Assembly (NCBI RefSeq): GCF_057098645.1
Contig: NZ_CM169472.1
Direction: 5' to 3' (one strand)
Length of the DNA: 64,000 nt
Shown: positions 10,510 through 27,290 of the stretch, one piece after another
Numbering within the stretch: position 1 is the stretch's first letter
How the letters are laid out: each line of letters begins with the position of its first letter
Notes under the pieces: model-generated
Databases searched by the model: none
Told to the model about the DNA's origin: nothing
Seen by the model: the letters and a program-made list of their open reading frames with translations, nothing else
Made by a program: the position numbers and the translations under genes

Positions 10510-11439
10510 TTAAATGGCTGATTTTCCGTCATCAGATTTTGCATAAACACCGGCGATCGCACTATTTGCTAAAATTTCATCCCGCCACCAGCCACTGGCA
10601 AGTCCTGCGGTCTGTTCATTCCAGCCAATCCAGACGGGTTCAAAGAGAGTTTGGGCGACCACTTTCTTCTCGATTAACGCGCCACTATCGAGAAAACGTT
10701 GCGCCAGATAACGGGGTAAATAGCCGCAGCCGAGGCCGCTAATTTGCAGCTCCAGCTTGGTTTTAAAATCGAAAACGGTAATGGCTTCTTGTTCGTCGAG
10801 AAGTTGTGAGGCCGTAGAAGCGCCGGCCTGCGCAGTGTCCCCCACCACAATCGCCCGATATCGTTTAATGATACGACGGTTTAACGGCTCTTCTTCCAGG
10901 GCTAACGGATGATGAGGCGCGACCGCAAAGACTTGTTCCAGATCGCCCAACCGCGAGAAACCAAACTCACTGGAAGATGGTGGTTCATGCATCGCGCCAA
11001 CAATAATATCCGCTCGCCCCTGAGTCAGGGCATCCCAGGAACCACCGAGTACGCCATTGATAAACTTCAGGCGCGTCACGCTATGATGTTGATAAAAAGC
11101 TTCAATCAGTGGCGCAAGCAGAGAAAAAGGAAACGTGTCGTCCACGCCAATCACCAGCTCGTTTTCCCAGCCTTCATGCAGTTTGATCGCCTGCTTTTCC
11201 AGTTCCCGCACGGTATGCAGAACTTCCCGCCCTTTCTCTAATAACATTTTTCCGGTACGGGTGAATTTAGCTCGGTGACCGCTACGATCAAGCAATTGAA
11301 TATTAAGGTCGCTTTCCAGCTTGTGAACGGTGTAACTCAGAGCGGACGGCGTCTTATAGAGTTTGGCCGACGCCGCCGCAAAACTGCCTTCTTTTTCTAA
11401 GGCATCGAGGATCATCAACACATCCAGCAGTGGTTTCAT
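10510..11439 (-). CDS. yeeY: LysR-family transcriptional regulator YeeY
   Basis: 309-aa ORF with N-terminal HTH and LysR substrate-binding domain. Confidence 0.85.
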   Translation of the reverse strand: MKPLLDVLMILDALEKEGSFAAASAKLYKTPSALSYTVHKLESDLNIQLLDRSGHRAKFTRTGKMLLEKGREVLHTVRELEKQAIKLHEGWENELVIGVDDTFPFSLLAPLIEAFYQHHSVTRLKFINGVLGGSWDALTQGRADIIVGAMHEPPSSSEFGFSRLGDLEQVFAVAPHHPLALEEEPLNRRIIKRYRAIVVGDTAQAGASTASQLLDEQEAITVFDFKTKLELQISGLGCGYLPRYLAQRFLDSGALIEKKVVAQTLFEPVWIGWNEQTAGLASGWWRDEILANSAIAGVYAKSDDGKSAI

Positions 11440-11484
11440 ACACGCCCCCTTGCAGTGTATGCGGCGTCCTGCTGGCGTGATCGT

Positions 11485-12309
11485 TTACTCCAGCGGCATT
11501 ACCAGCGGATCGGGATACTGGTATTCAAACCCCAGTTCATTACAAATCCGACTGCCATCAATAATCTTACCTTTGCCGCTGTCCAGACTATTTCTGAACT
11601 GCGGAGGTTCCAGCCCCAGTAAACGGGCCATCTGCGGATAGAAAACATTACGCGCAGGGTGAGCTGGCGCACATATATTATAGATGTGTCCGCCTTTAGG
11701 TGCCTGTAACAACAGAGTGATAGCGCCAATAACATCTTCTAAATGGACTAAATTAACACCATGTTCACCATCAGGCGCGGTTTTTCCGGCAAAGAAGCGT
11801 CCGGGATGACGTCCCGGTCCGACCAGGCCCGCAAGACGCAGAATATCGACCGAAGTACCGGGTAAATTGTGCAGCCAGTCTTCGAGTTCTTCTAATACTC
11901 GTCCACTGTTGGTTACCGGATTACGCGAGGTGGTTTCTTTCACCGTGCCTTGCGCGTCGCCATAGACAGATGTTGAGCTGGTAAAAATAATTCGGGGAAT
12001 ACGATGGGCCAGCGCGCTATCCACTAACTCTTGTACCGCTTGTAAATAGAACTCATCGCCGGAGCCGCTACGACGTGCCGGAAGCGTAATGACCAGTGCA
12101 TCGGCATCCATCAGGGCATCCAGATCGTCAGAATCGCAAACTAACTCAGGTTCCATGCGAAGCAGATAGCTATCAATGCCACTCATTCGGGCCGCTTCGA
12201 CACCATCTTGTGTGGTTTTACTCCCGGTGACTTGCCAGCCTCGCGCTGAAAGTGACATCGCCAGCGGCATACCTAACCACCCTAACCCGACAATTGCGAC
12301 CTTTTTCAT
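11485..12309 (-). CDS. yeeZ: NAD-dependent epimerase/dehydratase-family protein YeeZ
   Basis: 274-aa ORF with N-terminal Rossmann GxxGxxG (VAIVGLGWLG). Confidence 0.85.
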   Translation of the reverse strand: MKKVAIVGLGWLGMPLAMSLSARGWQVTGSKTTQDGVEAARMSGIDSYLLRMEPELVCDSDDLDALMDADALVITLPARRSGSGDEFYLQAVQELVDSALAHRIPRIIFTSSTSVYGDAQGTVKETTSRNPVTNSGRVLEELEDWLHNLPGTSVDILRLAGLVGPGRHPGRFFAGKTAPDGEHGVNLVHLEDVIGAITLLLQAPKGGHIYNICAPAHPARNVFYPQMARLLGLEPPQFRNSLDSGKGKIIDGSRICNELGFEYQYPDPLVMPLE

Positions 12310-12391
12310 CCGTTATCTCCTGATACACCTTAGATCTATAAGGCTACGCTAGCGTATCAAAACTGACAATTCATTCTATGAATGAATCTGT

Positions 12392-12646
12392 TCAATAATG
12401 ATAACGACATGCTGCAATGAGCAGTGAATCATCAGTAACCGCGTATACCAGACGGTGCTCCTCTGTAATGCGTCGGGACCAGAAACCTGACAAATTATGT
12501 TTCAGGGGTTCTGGTTTCCCCTTACCTTCAAATGGTGTTCTGCGGGTATCTTTGATAAGTTCATTGATCTTTTTAACAATTCGCTTATCTGTTTCCTGCC
12601 AGTACAGATAATCATCCCATGATTCCTCAGACCAGATTAGTTTCAC
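12392..12646 (-). CDS. yoeB: Type II toxin YoeB (ribosome-dependent mRNA interferase)
   Basis: 84-aa ORF recognised as YoeB; overlaps yefM by 4 nt. Confidence 0.9.
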
Positions 12647-12894
12647 TCAATAATGTCCTTTTCCGTTCCTTTGCCTGATTTCAGGCTATCGATTGAGTCC
12701 ATCAATCTCCGGGCGTTAGCGGGGGAACGCAGTAGATAAGCCGTCTCTTCCAGCGAGTTGTATTCTTCGAGTGACATCAGAACACAAGCCTCTCCATTCT
12801 GACGAGTAATGAGGATCGGGGCATGATCTTCAACGGCTTTCATCATTGTTGCCGACAAATTCTGACGCGCTTCGCTGTAACTAATTGTACGCAT
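12643..12894 (-). CDS. yefM: Type II antitoxin YefM
   Basis: 83-aa ORF recognised as YefM, directly upstream of yoeB. Confidence 0.9.
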
Positions 12895-12904
12895 GTCAAT
12901 CTCC

Positions 12905-12932
12905 TCTTTTGTACAGCTTATTGTACAATGAT
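12905..12932. promoter_or_regulatory. yefM-yoeB operator/promoter with two TGTACA core repeats
   Basis: tgtaca at 12910-12915 and 12922-12927 (centres 12 bp apart), 16 bp upstream of the yefM start. Confidence 0.6.
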
Positions 12933-13104
12933 AGACGTTGATTCACTATTTATTAATTAGTTTGTAGATCAAGACATTGTCAGTGAGACGAAAAATCCAG
13001 GCTTCGCTATTTTGGGTACCGTCAGGTTAGAGGACAGTCCTCTTAGCGCCCTCCTTTCCCCGCTCATTCATTAAACAAATCCATCGCCATAAAATATATA
13101 AAAA

Positions 13105-13145
13105 AGCCCTTGCTTTCTAACGTGAAAGTGGTTTAGGTTAAAAGA
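13105..13145 (+). promoter_or_regulatory. Candidate his operon promoter (-35 ttgctt, -10 taggtt)
   Basis: ttgctt at 13110-13115 and taggtt at 13134-13139, about 40 bp upstream of hisL; hexamer choice is by eye. Confidence 0.45.
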
Positions 13146-13177
13146 CATCAGTTGAATAAACATTCACAGAGACTTTT

Positions 13178-13228
13178 ATGACACGCGTTCAATTTAAACA
13201 CCACCATCATCACCATCATCCTGACTAG
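13178..13228 (+). CDS. hisL: his operon leader peptide (16 aa, seven consecutive His codons)
   Basis: ATG ACA CGC GTT CAA TTT AAA CAC CAC CAT CAT CAC CAT CAT CCT GAC TAG read directly. Confidence 0.95.
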   Translation: MTRVQFKHHHHHHHPD

Positions 13229-13289
13229 TCTTTCAGGCGATGTGTGCTGGAAGACATTCAGATCTTCCAGTGGTGCATGAACGCATGAG

Positions 13290-13330
13290 AGAGCCCCCGG
13301 AAGATCACCTTCCGGGGGCTTTTTTATTGC
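13290..13330 (+). terminator. his attenuator terminator hairpin plus U-tract
   Basis: agcccccggaagatcaccttccgggggc followed by ttttttatt, immediately upstream of hisG. Confidence 0.9.
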
Positions 13331-13373
13331 GCGGTTGATAACGGTTCAGACAGGTTTAAAGAGGAATAAGAAA

Positions 13374-14273
13374 ATGACAGACAACACTCGTTTACGCATA
13401 GCTATGCAGAAATCCGGCCGTTTAAGTGATGACTCACGCGAATTGCTGGCGCGCTGTGGCATTAAAATCAATCTTCACACCCAGCGCCTGATCGCGATGG
13501 CAGAAAACATGCCGATTGATATTCTGCGCGTGCGTGACGACGACATTCCCGGTCTGGTAATGGACGGCGTGGTAGACCTTGGAATTATCGGCGAAAACGT
13601 GCTGGAAGAAGAACTGCTTAACCGCCGCGCCCAGGGTGAAGATCCGCGCTACTTTACCCTGCGTCGACTGGATTTCGGCGGCTGCCGCCTTTCGCTGGCA
13701 ACGCCGGTTGATGAAGCCTGGGACGGCCCGCTCTCCTTAAATGGTAAACGTATCGCCACCTCTTATCCTCACCTGCTCAAGCGTTATCTCGACCAGAAAG
13801 GCATCTCTTTTAAATCCTGCTTACTGAACGGTTCTGTTGAAGTCGCCCCGCGTGCCGGACTGGCGGATGCGATTTGCGATCTGGTTTCCACCGGTGCCAC
13901 GCTGGAAGCAAACGGCCTGCGTGAAGTCGAAGTTATCTACCGCTCGAAAGCCTGCCTGATCCAGCGCGATGGCGAAATGGAAGAATCCAAACAGCAACTG
14001 ATCGACAAACTGCTGACCCGTATTCAGGGTGTGATCCAGGCGCGCGAATCAAAATACATCATGATGCACGCACCGACCGAACGTCTGGATGAAGTCATCG
14101 CCCTGCTGCCAGGTGCCGAACGCCCAACCATTCTGCCGCTGGCGGGTGACCAACAACGCGTAGCGATGCACATGGTCAGTAGCGAAACCCTGTTCTGGGA
14201 AACGATGGAAAAACTGAAAGCGCTGGGTGCCAGTTCAATCCTGGTCCTGCCGATTGAGAAGATGATGGAGTGA
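13374..14273 (+). CDS. hisG: ATP phosphoribosyltransferase
   Basis: ORF 13335..14273 trimmed to [16 protein letters not shown] (ATG at 13374); 299 aa. Confidence 0.95.
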
Positions 14274-14278
14274 TCGCC

Positions 14279-16649
<2,371 letters not shown>

Positions 16650-16650
<1 letters not shown>

Positions 16651-17716
16651 TGAGTCAGAAGTATCTTTTTATCGATCGCGATGGAACCCTGATTAGCGAA
16701 CCGCCGAGTGATTTTCAGGTGGACCGTTTTGACAAACTCGCCTTTGAACCGGGCGTGATCCCGGAGCTGCTGAAGCTGCAAAAAGCGGGATATAAGCTGG
16801 TGATGATCACTAATCAGGATGGTCTTGGAACACAAAGTTTCCCGCAGGCGGATTTCGATGGCCCGCACAACCTGATGATGCAGATCTTCACCTCGCAAGG
16901 CGTACAGTTTGATGAAGTGCTGATTTGCCCACACCTGCCCGCCGATGAGTGCGACTGCCGTAAGCCGAAAGTAAAACTGGTGGAGCGTTATCTCGCTGAG
17001 CAAGCGATGGATCGCGCCAACAGTTATGTGATTGGCGATCGCGCGACCGACATTCAACTGGCGGAAAACATGGGCATTAATGGTTTACGCTACGACCGCG
17101 AAGCCCTGAACTGGTCGATGATTGGCGAACAACTCACCAAACGAGACCGTTACGCCCATGTAGTGCGCAACACCAAAGAGACGCAGATTGACGTTCAGGT
17201 ATGGCTGGATCGCGAAGGTGGCAGCAAGATTAACACCGGCGTTGGCTTCTTTGATCATATGCTGGATCAGATCGCTACCCACGGCGGTTTCCGTATGGAA
17301 ATCAACGTCAAAGGCGACCTCTATATCGACGATCACCACACCGTCGAAGATACCGGCCTGGCGCTGGGGGAAGCGTTAAAAATTGCCCTCGGCGATAAAC
17401 GCGGTATTTGCCGCTTTGGTTTTGTGCTGCCGATGGACGAATGCCTTGCCCGCTGCGCGCTGGATATCTCTGGTCGCCCGCACCTGGAATATAAAGCTGA
17501 ATTTACCTACCAGCGCGTGGGCGATCTCAGCACCGAGATGATCGAGCACTTCTTCCGTTCGCTTTCATACACCATGGGCGTGACGCTACACCTGAAAACC
17601 AAAGGTAAAAACGATCACCACCGTGTAGAGAGCCTGTTCAAAGCCTTTGGTCGTACCCTGCGCCAGGCCATCCGCGTCGAAGGCGACACCCTGCCCTCGT
17701 CGAAAGGAGTGCTGTA

Positions 17717-17717
<1 letters not shown>
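16650..17717 (+). CDS. hisB: Bifunctional histidinol-phosphatase / imidazoleglycerol-phosphate dehydratase
   Basis: ATG at 16650 overlapping the hisC stop; [15 protein letters not shown] start; 355 aa. Confidence 0.95.
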
Positions 17718-19795
<2,078 letters not shown>

Positions 19796-19802
<7 letters not shown>

Positions 19803-20407
19803 CAGAACAACAACGTCGCGAACTGGACTGGGAAAAAACCGACGGACTGATGCCGGTGATTGTGCAACACGCGGTATCCGGCGAAGTGTTAATGCTGGGC
19901 TATATGAACCCGGAAGCCTTAGACAAAACCATCGAAAGCGGCAAAATCACCTTCTTCTCGCGCACTAAACAGCGACTGTGGACCAAAGGCGAAACGTCGG
20001 GCAATTTCCTCAACGTAGTAAATATTGCGCCGGACTGCGACAACGACACGCTACTGGTACTGGCGAATCCTATCGGACCAACCTGCCACAAAGGCACCAG
20101 CAGCTGCTTCGGCGACACCGCTCACCAATGGCTGTTCCTGTATCAACTGGAACAACTGCTCGCCGAACGCAAATCTGCCGACCCGGAAACCTCCTACACC
20201 GCCAAACTGTATGCCAGCGGCACCAAACGCATTGCGCAGAAAGTAGGTGAAGAAGGGGTGGAAACCGCACTGGCAGCGACGGTACATGACCGCTTTGAGC
20301 TGACCAACGAGGCATCTGACTTGATGTATCACCTGCTGGTGTTGTTGCAGGATCAGGATCTGGATTTAACAACGGTGATTGAGAACCTGCGTAAACGTCA
20401 TCAGTGA
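19796..20407 (+). CDS. hisI: Bifunctional phosphoribosyl-AMP cyclohydrolase / phosphoribosyl-ATP pyrophosphatase
   Basis: 203-aa ORF ending the his operon. Confidence 0.95.
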
Positions 20408-20449
20408 GTTGCGGGGTAAGCGGATGCGATGTTGTCGTCGCATCCGGCA

Positions 20450-20490
20450 AAAAAAACGGGCAAGGTGTCACCACCCTGCCCATTTTCTTT
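20450..20490. terminator. Bidirectional intrinsic terminator between hisI and wzzB
   Basis: Hairpin gggcaaggtgtcaccaccctgccc flanked by an A-run upstream and attttcttt downstream, so it reads as hairpin plus U-run on both strands. Confidence 0.75.
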
Positions 20491-20503
20491 AAAACCGAAA
20501 AGA

Positions 20504-21481
20504 TTACTTCGCGTTGTAATTACGCAGAGCATTACGCCCCAACACAATCCCCGCGCCAACCATGCCGCCCAGCAGCACCGCCAGAATCAAGGTAATTGCC
20601 TTTTTCGGGCTATCGCGACGAATAGGTAACGTCGGTTTCATCACATAACGGTAAGCATGAATATCAAGATCATCAACCTTTAAGTTTTCAATATCCAACA
20701 GGTTTTGACGTGTCTGATAGTAGTTTGGTGAGAACACCAACGGACGGGTCGCCTCATGCTTAATCATCGACTCCAGCGCTTCGCTACCCAAAAGGAACAA
20801 CGTATCTTGCGTCACATCTTCAGTCTGCTGAACCTGTGGCTTTGTCACCTGCGCCTGATTCGCATACTGCAACGCTTCCTGAATCTGACGGATACGCAGA
20901 TCTTTCTGCTCCTGCGCAACTACTTCCTGCGTTCTTAAAGAGTCCTGCAAGTTTTTCCGTCCCAGAGCAATGTTGTCCTTGAGATCCTTTTCTAACTCTT
21001 GATTCACTTTATCGTCAACTTGCTGAATGTATTGGGCCAACTTCATTTGTGCGCCCTCTGCAGTTTGCCCAACATAAGAAACAGTTAATGGTAATTGCTG
21101 GTTCTTAACAGAAGGTTCGATGGTAAGTTTTTCTGGTTCTTCCTGATTATCCAGCGTTTCTGCTAATGCAGAGAAGGCAGAACTGAAGCGACCAATTAAC
21201 GTCTCCTGCAAATCCGATACTTTCGGTGCAGCCTGACCATAGATAACATTCATGGCATTGTTATAGCCAGCAATTTGCCCCACGTCGGGCTGAGTGATAA
21301 TTGCTGTTGACGTCCATTTCTCCTTCGCTACTGCCAAATATCCAATAGCCAGGGCAATAGCCACAATGACGGAAATGATGATTGTCATCTTGCCACGCCA
21401 CAACTGCACTAGTAAATCAATCAAATCAATCTGTTCCGGGTCATGGTTTTGCCCAGAAACATTATTATTTTCTACTCTCAT
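20504..21481 (-). CDS. wzzB: O-antigen chain-length determinant (polysaccharide co-polymerase)
   Basis: ORF 20504..21517; probable start MRVENNNVSGQNHD (could be one codon earlier); PCP fold with N- and C-terminal TM helices. Confidence 0.9.
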   Translation of the reverse strand: MRVENNNVSGQNHDPEQIDLIDLLVQLWRGKMTIIISVIVAIALAIGYLAVAKEKWTSTAIITQPDVGQIAGYNNAMNVIYGQAAPKVSDLQETLIGRFSSAFSALAETLDNQEEPEKLTIEPSVKNQQLPLTVSYVGQTAEGAQMKLAQYIQQVDDKVNQELEKDLKDNIALGRKNLQDSLRTQEVVAQEQKDLRIRQIQEALQYANQAQVTKPQVQQTEDVTQDTLFLLGSEALESMIKHEATRPLVFSPNYYQTRQNLLDIENLKVDDLDIHAYRYVMKPTLPIRRDSPKKAITLILAVLLGGMVGAGIVLGRNALRNYNAK

Positions 21482-21626
21482 CATTACCCTAACTGACGGA
21501 AATTTCCAAGTCCGCATAGTTTAGCGATAATCTCCATGAATGCTATAGGATAAATGATAAAAATAATGAATTATTACTAAGGGAACATAAGAGAATCAGG
21601 GCGAAAATCGCCCTGATAACAGGATG

Positions 21627-22802
<1,176 letters not shown>

Positions 22803-22983
22803 TCAGAATTAACTTAACTGTGAATCATGATGTTTTTAGCATCCTGATAAGAGTTAAAAGTTTTAACGCTACGTCGATAGCTGGTCAACGCAACGAAAAA
22901 CAATTCAGATTTTCTTTATAAGAGTAGCTGATATTTATTAAGTTAATATTAAGCAGTGAAATTTAGTCTATAAGATAATTGGC

Positions 22984-23012
22984 AAAAAAAGCCCGGCACA
23001 ATTTACGCCGGG
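22984..23012 (-). terminator. Intrinsic terminator downstream of gnd
   Basis: On the minus strand the hairpin gcccggcg...gccgggc is followed by a T7 run. Confidence 0.7.
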
Positions 23013-23039
23013 CCTCAATTTATTGTTAGTTAAGTCAGA

Positions 23040-24446
23040 TTAATCCAGCCATTCGGTATGGAACACACCTTCTTTATCAATGCGCTTATAAGTATGTGCA
23101 CCGAAATAGTCACGCTGTGCCTGGATCAGGTTCGCAGGCAGAACAGCGGAACGGTAGCTGTCATAATAGGCAACCGCAGCGGCGAAGGTCGGAACCGGGA
23201 TACCGTTCTGTACTGCATAAGCAACGACATCGCGCAGCGCCTGCTGATAGTCATCGGCAATTTGCTTGAAGTACGGAGCCAGCAGCAGGTTAGCGATCTG
23301 CGGATTTTCGGCATAGGCATCGGTGATTTTCTGCAGGAACTGCGCACGGATGATGCAGCCAGCACGGAAAATCTTCGCGATTTCGCCGTAGTTCAGATCC
23401 CAGTTGTATTCTTCAGACGCAGCACGCAGCTGAGAGAAGCCCTGAGCGTAAGAAACGATTTTGCCCAGATACAGCGCACGACGAACTTTTTCAATGAACT
23501 CAGCTTTGTAGCCAGCTGGCTGCGCTTGCGGGCCAGAGAGAACTTTAGACGCGGCAACACGCTGATCTTTCAGAGAAGAGATATAACGTGCAAACACAGA
23601 CTCGGTAATCAGCGACAGCGGTTCGCCGAGATCCAGCGCGCTCTGGCTGGTCCATTTACCGGTACCTTTGTTAGCCGCTTCATCCAGAATCACATCAACC
23701 AGGTAGTTACCGTCTTCATCTTTTTTAGTGAAGATATCTTTGGTGATGTCGATCAGGTAGCTGCTCAGTTCACCGTTATTCCACTCGGTAAAGGTCTGTG
23801 CCAGTTCTTCGTTGGTGAGGTTCAGGCCACCTTTAAGCAGAGAATAAGCTTCAGCAATCAGCTGCATATCACCGTATTCAATACCGTTGTGAACCATCTT
23901 CACATAGTGACCCGCGCCATTGGCACCAATATAGGTAACGCATGGCTCACCGTCTTCAGCCACTGCGGCGATTTTGGTCAGGATCGGTGCAACCAGTTCA
24001 TAGGCTTCTTTCTGGCCACCAGGCATAATGGAAGGTCCTTTCAGTGCACCTTCTTCCCCACCGGAAACACCGGTACCAATGAAATTAAAGCCTTCTGCAG
24101 AAAGCTCACGATTACGACGAATAGTGTCCTGGAAGAAGGTATTACCACCGTCAATAATGATGTCACCTTTATCGAGGTATGGCTTGAGGGAATCAATAGC
24201 AGCATCCGTGCCTGCACCTGCTTTAACCATTAACAGGATGCGACGAGGCGTTTCCAGAGATTCAACGAACTCTTTCACCGTATAGTAAGGAACCAGTTTT
24301 TTGCCTGGATTTTCGGCAATCACTTCTTCCGTCTTTTCACGGGAACGGTTGAAAATAGAGACGGTATAACCACGGCTTTCGATGTTAAGCGCAAGATTGC
24401 GCCCCATCACTGCCATACCGACTACGCCAATCTGTTGCTTGGACAT
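23040..24446 (-). CDS. gnd: 6-phosphogluconate dehydrogenase (decarboxylating)
   Basis: 468-aa ORF recognised as Gnd. Confidence 0.95.
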   Translation of the reverse strand: MSKQQIGVVGMAVMGRNLALNIESRGYTVSIFNRSREKTEEVIAENPGKKLVPYYTVKEFVESLETPRRILLMVKAGAGTDAAIDSLKPYLDKGDIIIDGGNTFFQDTIRRNRELSAEGFNFIGTGVSGGEEGALKGPSIMPGGQKEAYELVAPILTKIAAVAEDGEPCVTYIGANGAGHYVKMVHNGIEYGDMQLIAEAYSLLKGGLNLTNEELAQTFTEWNNGELSSYLIDITKDIFTKKDEDGNYLVDVILDEAANKGTGKWTSQSALDLGEPLSLITESVFARYISSLKDQRVAASKVLSGPQAQPAGYKAEFIEKVRRALYLGKIVSYAQGFSQLRAASEEYNWDLNYGEIAKIFRAGCIIRAQFLQKITDAYAENPQIANLLLAPYFKQIADDYQQALRDVVAYAVQNGIPVPTFAAAVAYYDSYRSAVLPANLIQAQRDYFGAHTYKRIDKEGVFHTEWLD

Positions 24447-24563
24447 TACATACTCCTGTCAGGGGGTGGTCACCGCGCAAGATATGCGCAGCTTGAAATA
24501 TGGTATGGATGTTAACTCAGGTTTAGCTTGAGTAGATAGCAGAAGATGTACTTTAGACAAGCA

Positions 24564-24962
24564 TCACACGAACGATTTTGCAAAAGAAGGGTCAAATGGC
24601 CCCTCTTTAACTTCCACCATAAGAGCACGCGGAGATAGGCATTCGACACTGTGTATATCGCCCGGAGAAAACTCCACAATGCTTATTCCAATATTATCTC
24701 CTGCTATAAATTGCTTTATAACCTCACCATTTCTACCATACAAACAAACCTGAAGTTGCCCCTCCATAACAATGAACATTTCCCACTGATGAGGAAGTTT
24801 GTGATAATGCGGTTCAACATAGCTGCCCTTTACTAATGCAATAAGTAAACGCTGTACCTTTTCTTGATGCGAGCCGTGCATAATAAGGTGGGAACGTAAA
24901 CGTTCCGATTGCTCGGCTTGATCATATAATTTGTCGAGTTGGTCATTATCAATTAATCGCAT
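24564..24962 (-). CDS. wbuC: WbuC-family cupin protein (function unknown, associated with L-FucNAc O-antigen clusters)
   Basis: 132-aa ORF; position after wbuB at the gnd-proximal end of the fnl module. Confidence 0.7.
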   Translation of the reverse strand: MRLIDNDQLDKLYDQAEQSERLRSHLIMHGSHQEKVQRLLIALVKGSYVEPHYHKLPHQWEMFIVMEGQLQVCLYGRNGEVIKQFIAGDNIGISIVEFSPGDIHSVECLSPRALMVEVKEGPFDPSFAKSFV

Positions 24963-26163
24963 TGCATGCCTCCAACCTCATTTCTATCGTCTGTGCCGCA
25001 GACTCAACGGAGAATTGTTCTTTCAACAATATATTCGCCCCCGAACCAAGTTGCCGGCGCACATCAATATCATGCAACATTAATAGCGCAGATTGACATA
25101 ATTTATCGTCCTCACCATTGACATGGATTAATCCGGCATTATTTTGATTGACAATGTCGAGCAAATCATTTCCGGCATTTACGCTACCTAAAATAGGTAG
25201 CGACTGAACCATATAGCCTAATAACTTACCAGGAAAATTATGGGAAGAGTGTCTAGCGGAAAGAGAAAACAAGCCGATATCCATTTCCGACAAAATGAAC
25301 TTAAATTCATCCTGATTAACCGAGGGCAAATAGGTGAAATTCGTCAATGCCCACTCAGAGGCTAATGAATTAATTAATTCAACTTCATCACCCTGGCCAA
25401 TAAATAGGAAATGAGCTTGAGGATATGCTGCCATGTTTCTCACAAGTCGCATCAAGTTTGTCATGTCCTGTGCATGACCTATGTTTCCACCATAGAAGAA
25501 AATGGTTTTATCCTCTAGGCCAAGTCGCTTACGTAGTGGTATGTAATCCTTGGGTATGATCGTTGGTGTTAGGGATGCCCAATTACGCAAAACTTCGCAC
25601 GGATAGCCTTTATTATCTTTCCGAAAAACATCAAGATTCTTATCAGACATAAGTCCAATACGATTTGCCTGACGATAAGATATTTTTTCAAAAAGACGAA
25701 AGTAGCGTTCTATTGGGGAACCAGCATTAAGGATTCCTGCATCAATTACCCATTGTGGAAACATATCTCTTAAAATAAGATAAGCAGGACATTGGCAACG
25801 AGCTTTAATTTTTTTAACTAAATACCCCCAGAATATGGAAGGTGAATAATAAATCACACCCTCAAAGGTCTCTTTTTTTACCCATTTTTTGATGGCTTTC
25901 CACGCCCGATAGGACAAAAGCGTTTCATTGACCACTCGCTGAATTTTACTTACATCCTTGAGCGGCCCGCTTTTAAAACGCCATGTTTTTACCCCCTGAA
26001 AGGTATCAAAAGAAATCTCTTCTTGCATGCCCGTACCAGGAGTAATTACCGTAACATCGTGCCCACGCTGGATAAATTCTTGAGCAAGTTCATGAAACAT
26101 TTTTGCACCAACACGAGTACTGTTGGGCAGGTAATCATCTATGATTAAAGCAAGTTTCATCAA
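24949..26163 (-). CDS. wbuB: GT4-family glycosyltransferase (putative L-FucNAc transferase WbuB)
   Basis: 404-aa ORF with GT-B fold features; directly downstream of fnlC. Confidence 0.75.
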   Translation of the reverse strand: MMKLALIIDDYLPNSTRVGAKMFHELAQEFIQRGHDVTVITPGTGMQEEISFDTFQGVKTWRFKSGPLKDVSKIQRVVNETLLSYRAWKAIKKWVKKETFEGVIYYSPSIFWGYLVKKIKARCQCPAYLILRDMFPQWVIDAGILNAGSPIERYFRLFEKISYRQANRIGLMSDKNLDVFRKDNKGYPCEVLRNWASLTPTIIPKDYIPLRKRLGLEDKTIFFYGGNIGHAQDMTNLMRLVRNMAAYPQAHFLFIGQGDEVELINSLASEWALTNFTYLPSVNQDEFKFILSEMDIGLFSLSARHSSHNFPGKLLGYMVQSLPILGSVNAGNDLLDIVNQNNAGLIHVNGEDDKLCQSALLMLHDIDVRRQLGSGANILLKEQFSVESAAQTIEMRLEACNAIN

Positions 26164-27290
26164 TATTCTTTCCAGACAACTCTCTTAACATAATCTGTGT
26201 AAGAGTGAACAATTCTGACAACTTTATCCGACACATTTGGCATGCTGTAATCACTAACCTGACGTAAAAGACGGACTTCACCTCGCGGTTGTGTTGCCAG
26301 AATATCCAGCGCTTGTAATACGCGTTCACACTCTAACCCCACCATCATGACGGATGCTTCCTCAAAGCCTTCCGGACGCTCATGCGCTTCCCGGATGTTT
26401 ACCGCTGGGAAATTCATGATGGATGACTCTTCAGTGATAGTACCGCTATCTGAAAGCACAGCTCGTGAGTTCTTCTGCAAGTGGTTATAATCATGGAAAC
26501 CCAATGGTTTCAGTAGATTTATATTTGAATGAAATTCAATTCCTTGCTCACGGATTCGGTTACGTGTCCTTGGGTGTGTGGAGACAATAACTGGAAGATT
26601 ATATTTTTCAGCAACAGTATTTAGAATGTTCGCAAGCTTTACGAGCTGTTTTGGAGAATCAACATTCTCTTCACGATGCGCACTTACTACAAAAAACTCA
26701 CCAGACTGTAGATTCAAACGCGATAGCACATCTGAACCATCAATTTGGGGCATATAATATGAAAGAACCTCAAACATAGGGCTACCAGTTTTTATAATCC
26801 GATCAGCTGGGATACCTTCAGCCAAGAGATATTCACGAGCAATATCACTGTAGGTCATATTGATATCAGCCGTATGGTCAACAATACGTCTGTTGGTTTC
26901 TTCAGGCACGCGTTGATCGAAACAACGGTTACCTGCTTCCATATGAAATATAGGAACTTTATGGCGTTTGGCCGGAATGGCAGAAATACATGAATTCGTA
27001 TCGCCCAATACCAGTATTGCTTCAGGTTTTTCGATTTCTAATACTTCATCTACCTTAATAATAACTTGGCCAATGGTTTCCGCCGCATTTTTTCCCGCTG
27101 CATTTAAAAAATAATCAGGTTTTCGAACACCCAAGTCATTGAAGAATACTTCATTTAATTCGTAATCATAATTTTGACCAGTATGGACAATAATATGCTC
27201 GCAGTATTCATCAAACTTAGCAAGAACCCTCGACAAACGGATAATCTCAGGACGGGTTCCAACAACAGACATAACTTTTAATTTTTTCAT
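26160..27290 (-). CDS. fnlC: UDP-N-acetylglucosamine 2-epimerase (FnlC/Cap5G type)
   Basis: 376-aa ORF with non-hydrolysing UDP-GlcNAc 2-epimerase sequence (MSVVGTRPEIIRLS, HTGQNYD, HMEAGNR). Confidence 0.85.
   Translation of the reverse strand: MKKLKVMSVVGTRPEIIRLSRVLAKFDEYCEHIIVHTGQNYDYELNEVFFNDLGVRKPDYFLNAAGKNAAETIGQVIIKVDEVLEIEKPEAILVLGDTNSCISAIPAKRHKVPIFHMEAGNRCFDQRVPEETNRRIVDHTADINMTYSDIAREYLLAEGIPADRIIKTGSPMFEVLSYYMPQIDGSDVLSRLNLQSGEFFVVSAHREENVDSPKQLVKLANILNTVAEKYNLPVIVSTHPRTRNRIREQGIEFHSNINLLKPLGFHDYNHLQKNSRAVLSDSGTITEESSIMNFPAVNIREAHERPEGFEEASVMMVGLECERVLQALDILATQPRGEVRLLRQVSDYSMPNVSDKVVRIVHSYTDYVKRVVWKEY

Noticed and set aside
13199-13219. Run of seven consecutive histidine codons resembling an engineered His-tag
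   Set aside because: It lies in a 16-codon ORF followed by a hairpin and U-tract directly upstream of hisG: this is the natural his leader peptide and attenuator, not a cloning artefact.
20421-20449. Hairpin gcggatgcgatgttgtcgtcgcatccggc as a his operon terminator
   Set aside because: It is followed by an A-run rather than a U-run on the his strand and resembles a REP-like palindrome; the adjacent hairpin at 20458-20481 has the proper U-tract and is the better terminator candidate.
23058-24233. 391-aa ORF on the plus strand
   Set aside because: Entirely antisense to gnd with no recognisable protein features; typical stop-poor shadow ORF opposite a highly expressed gene.
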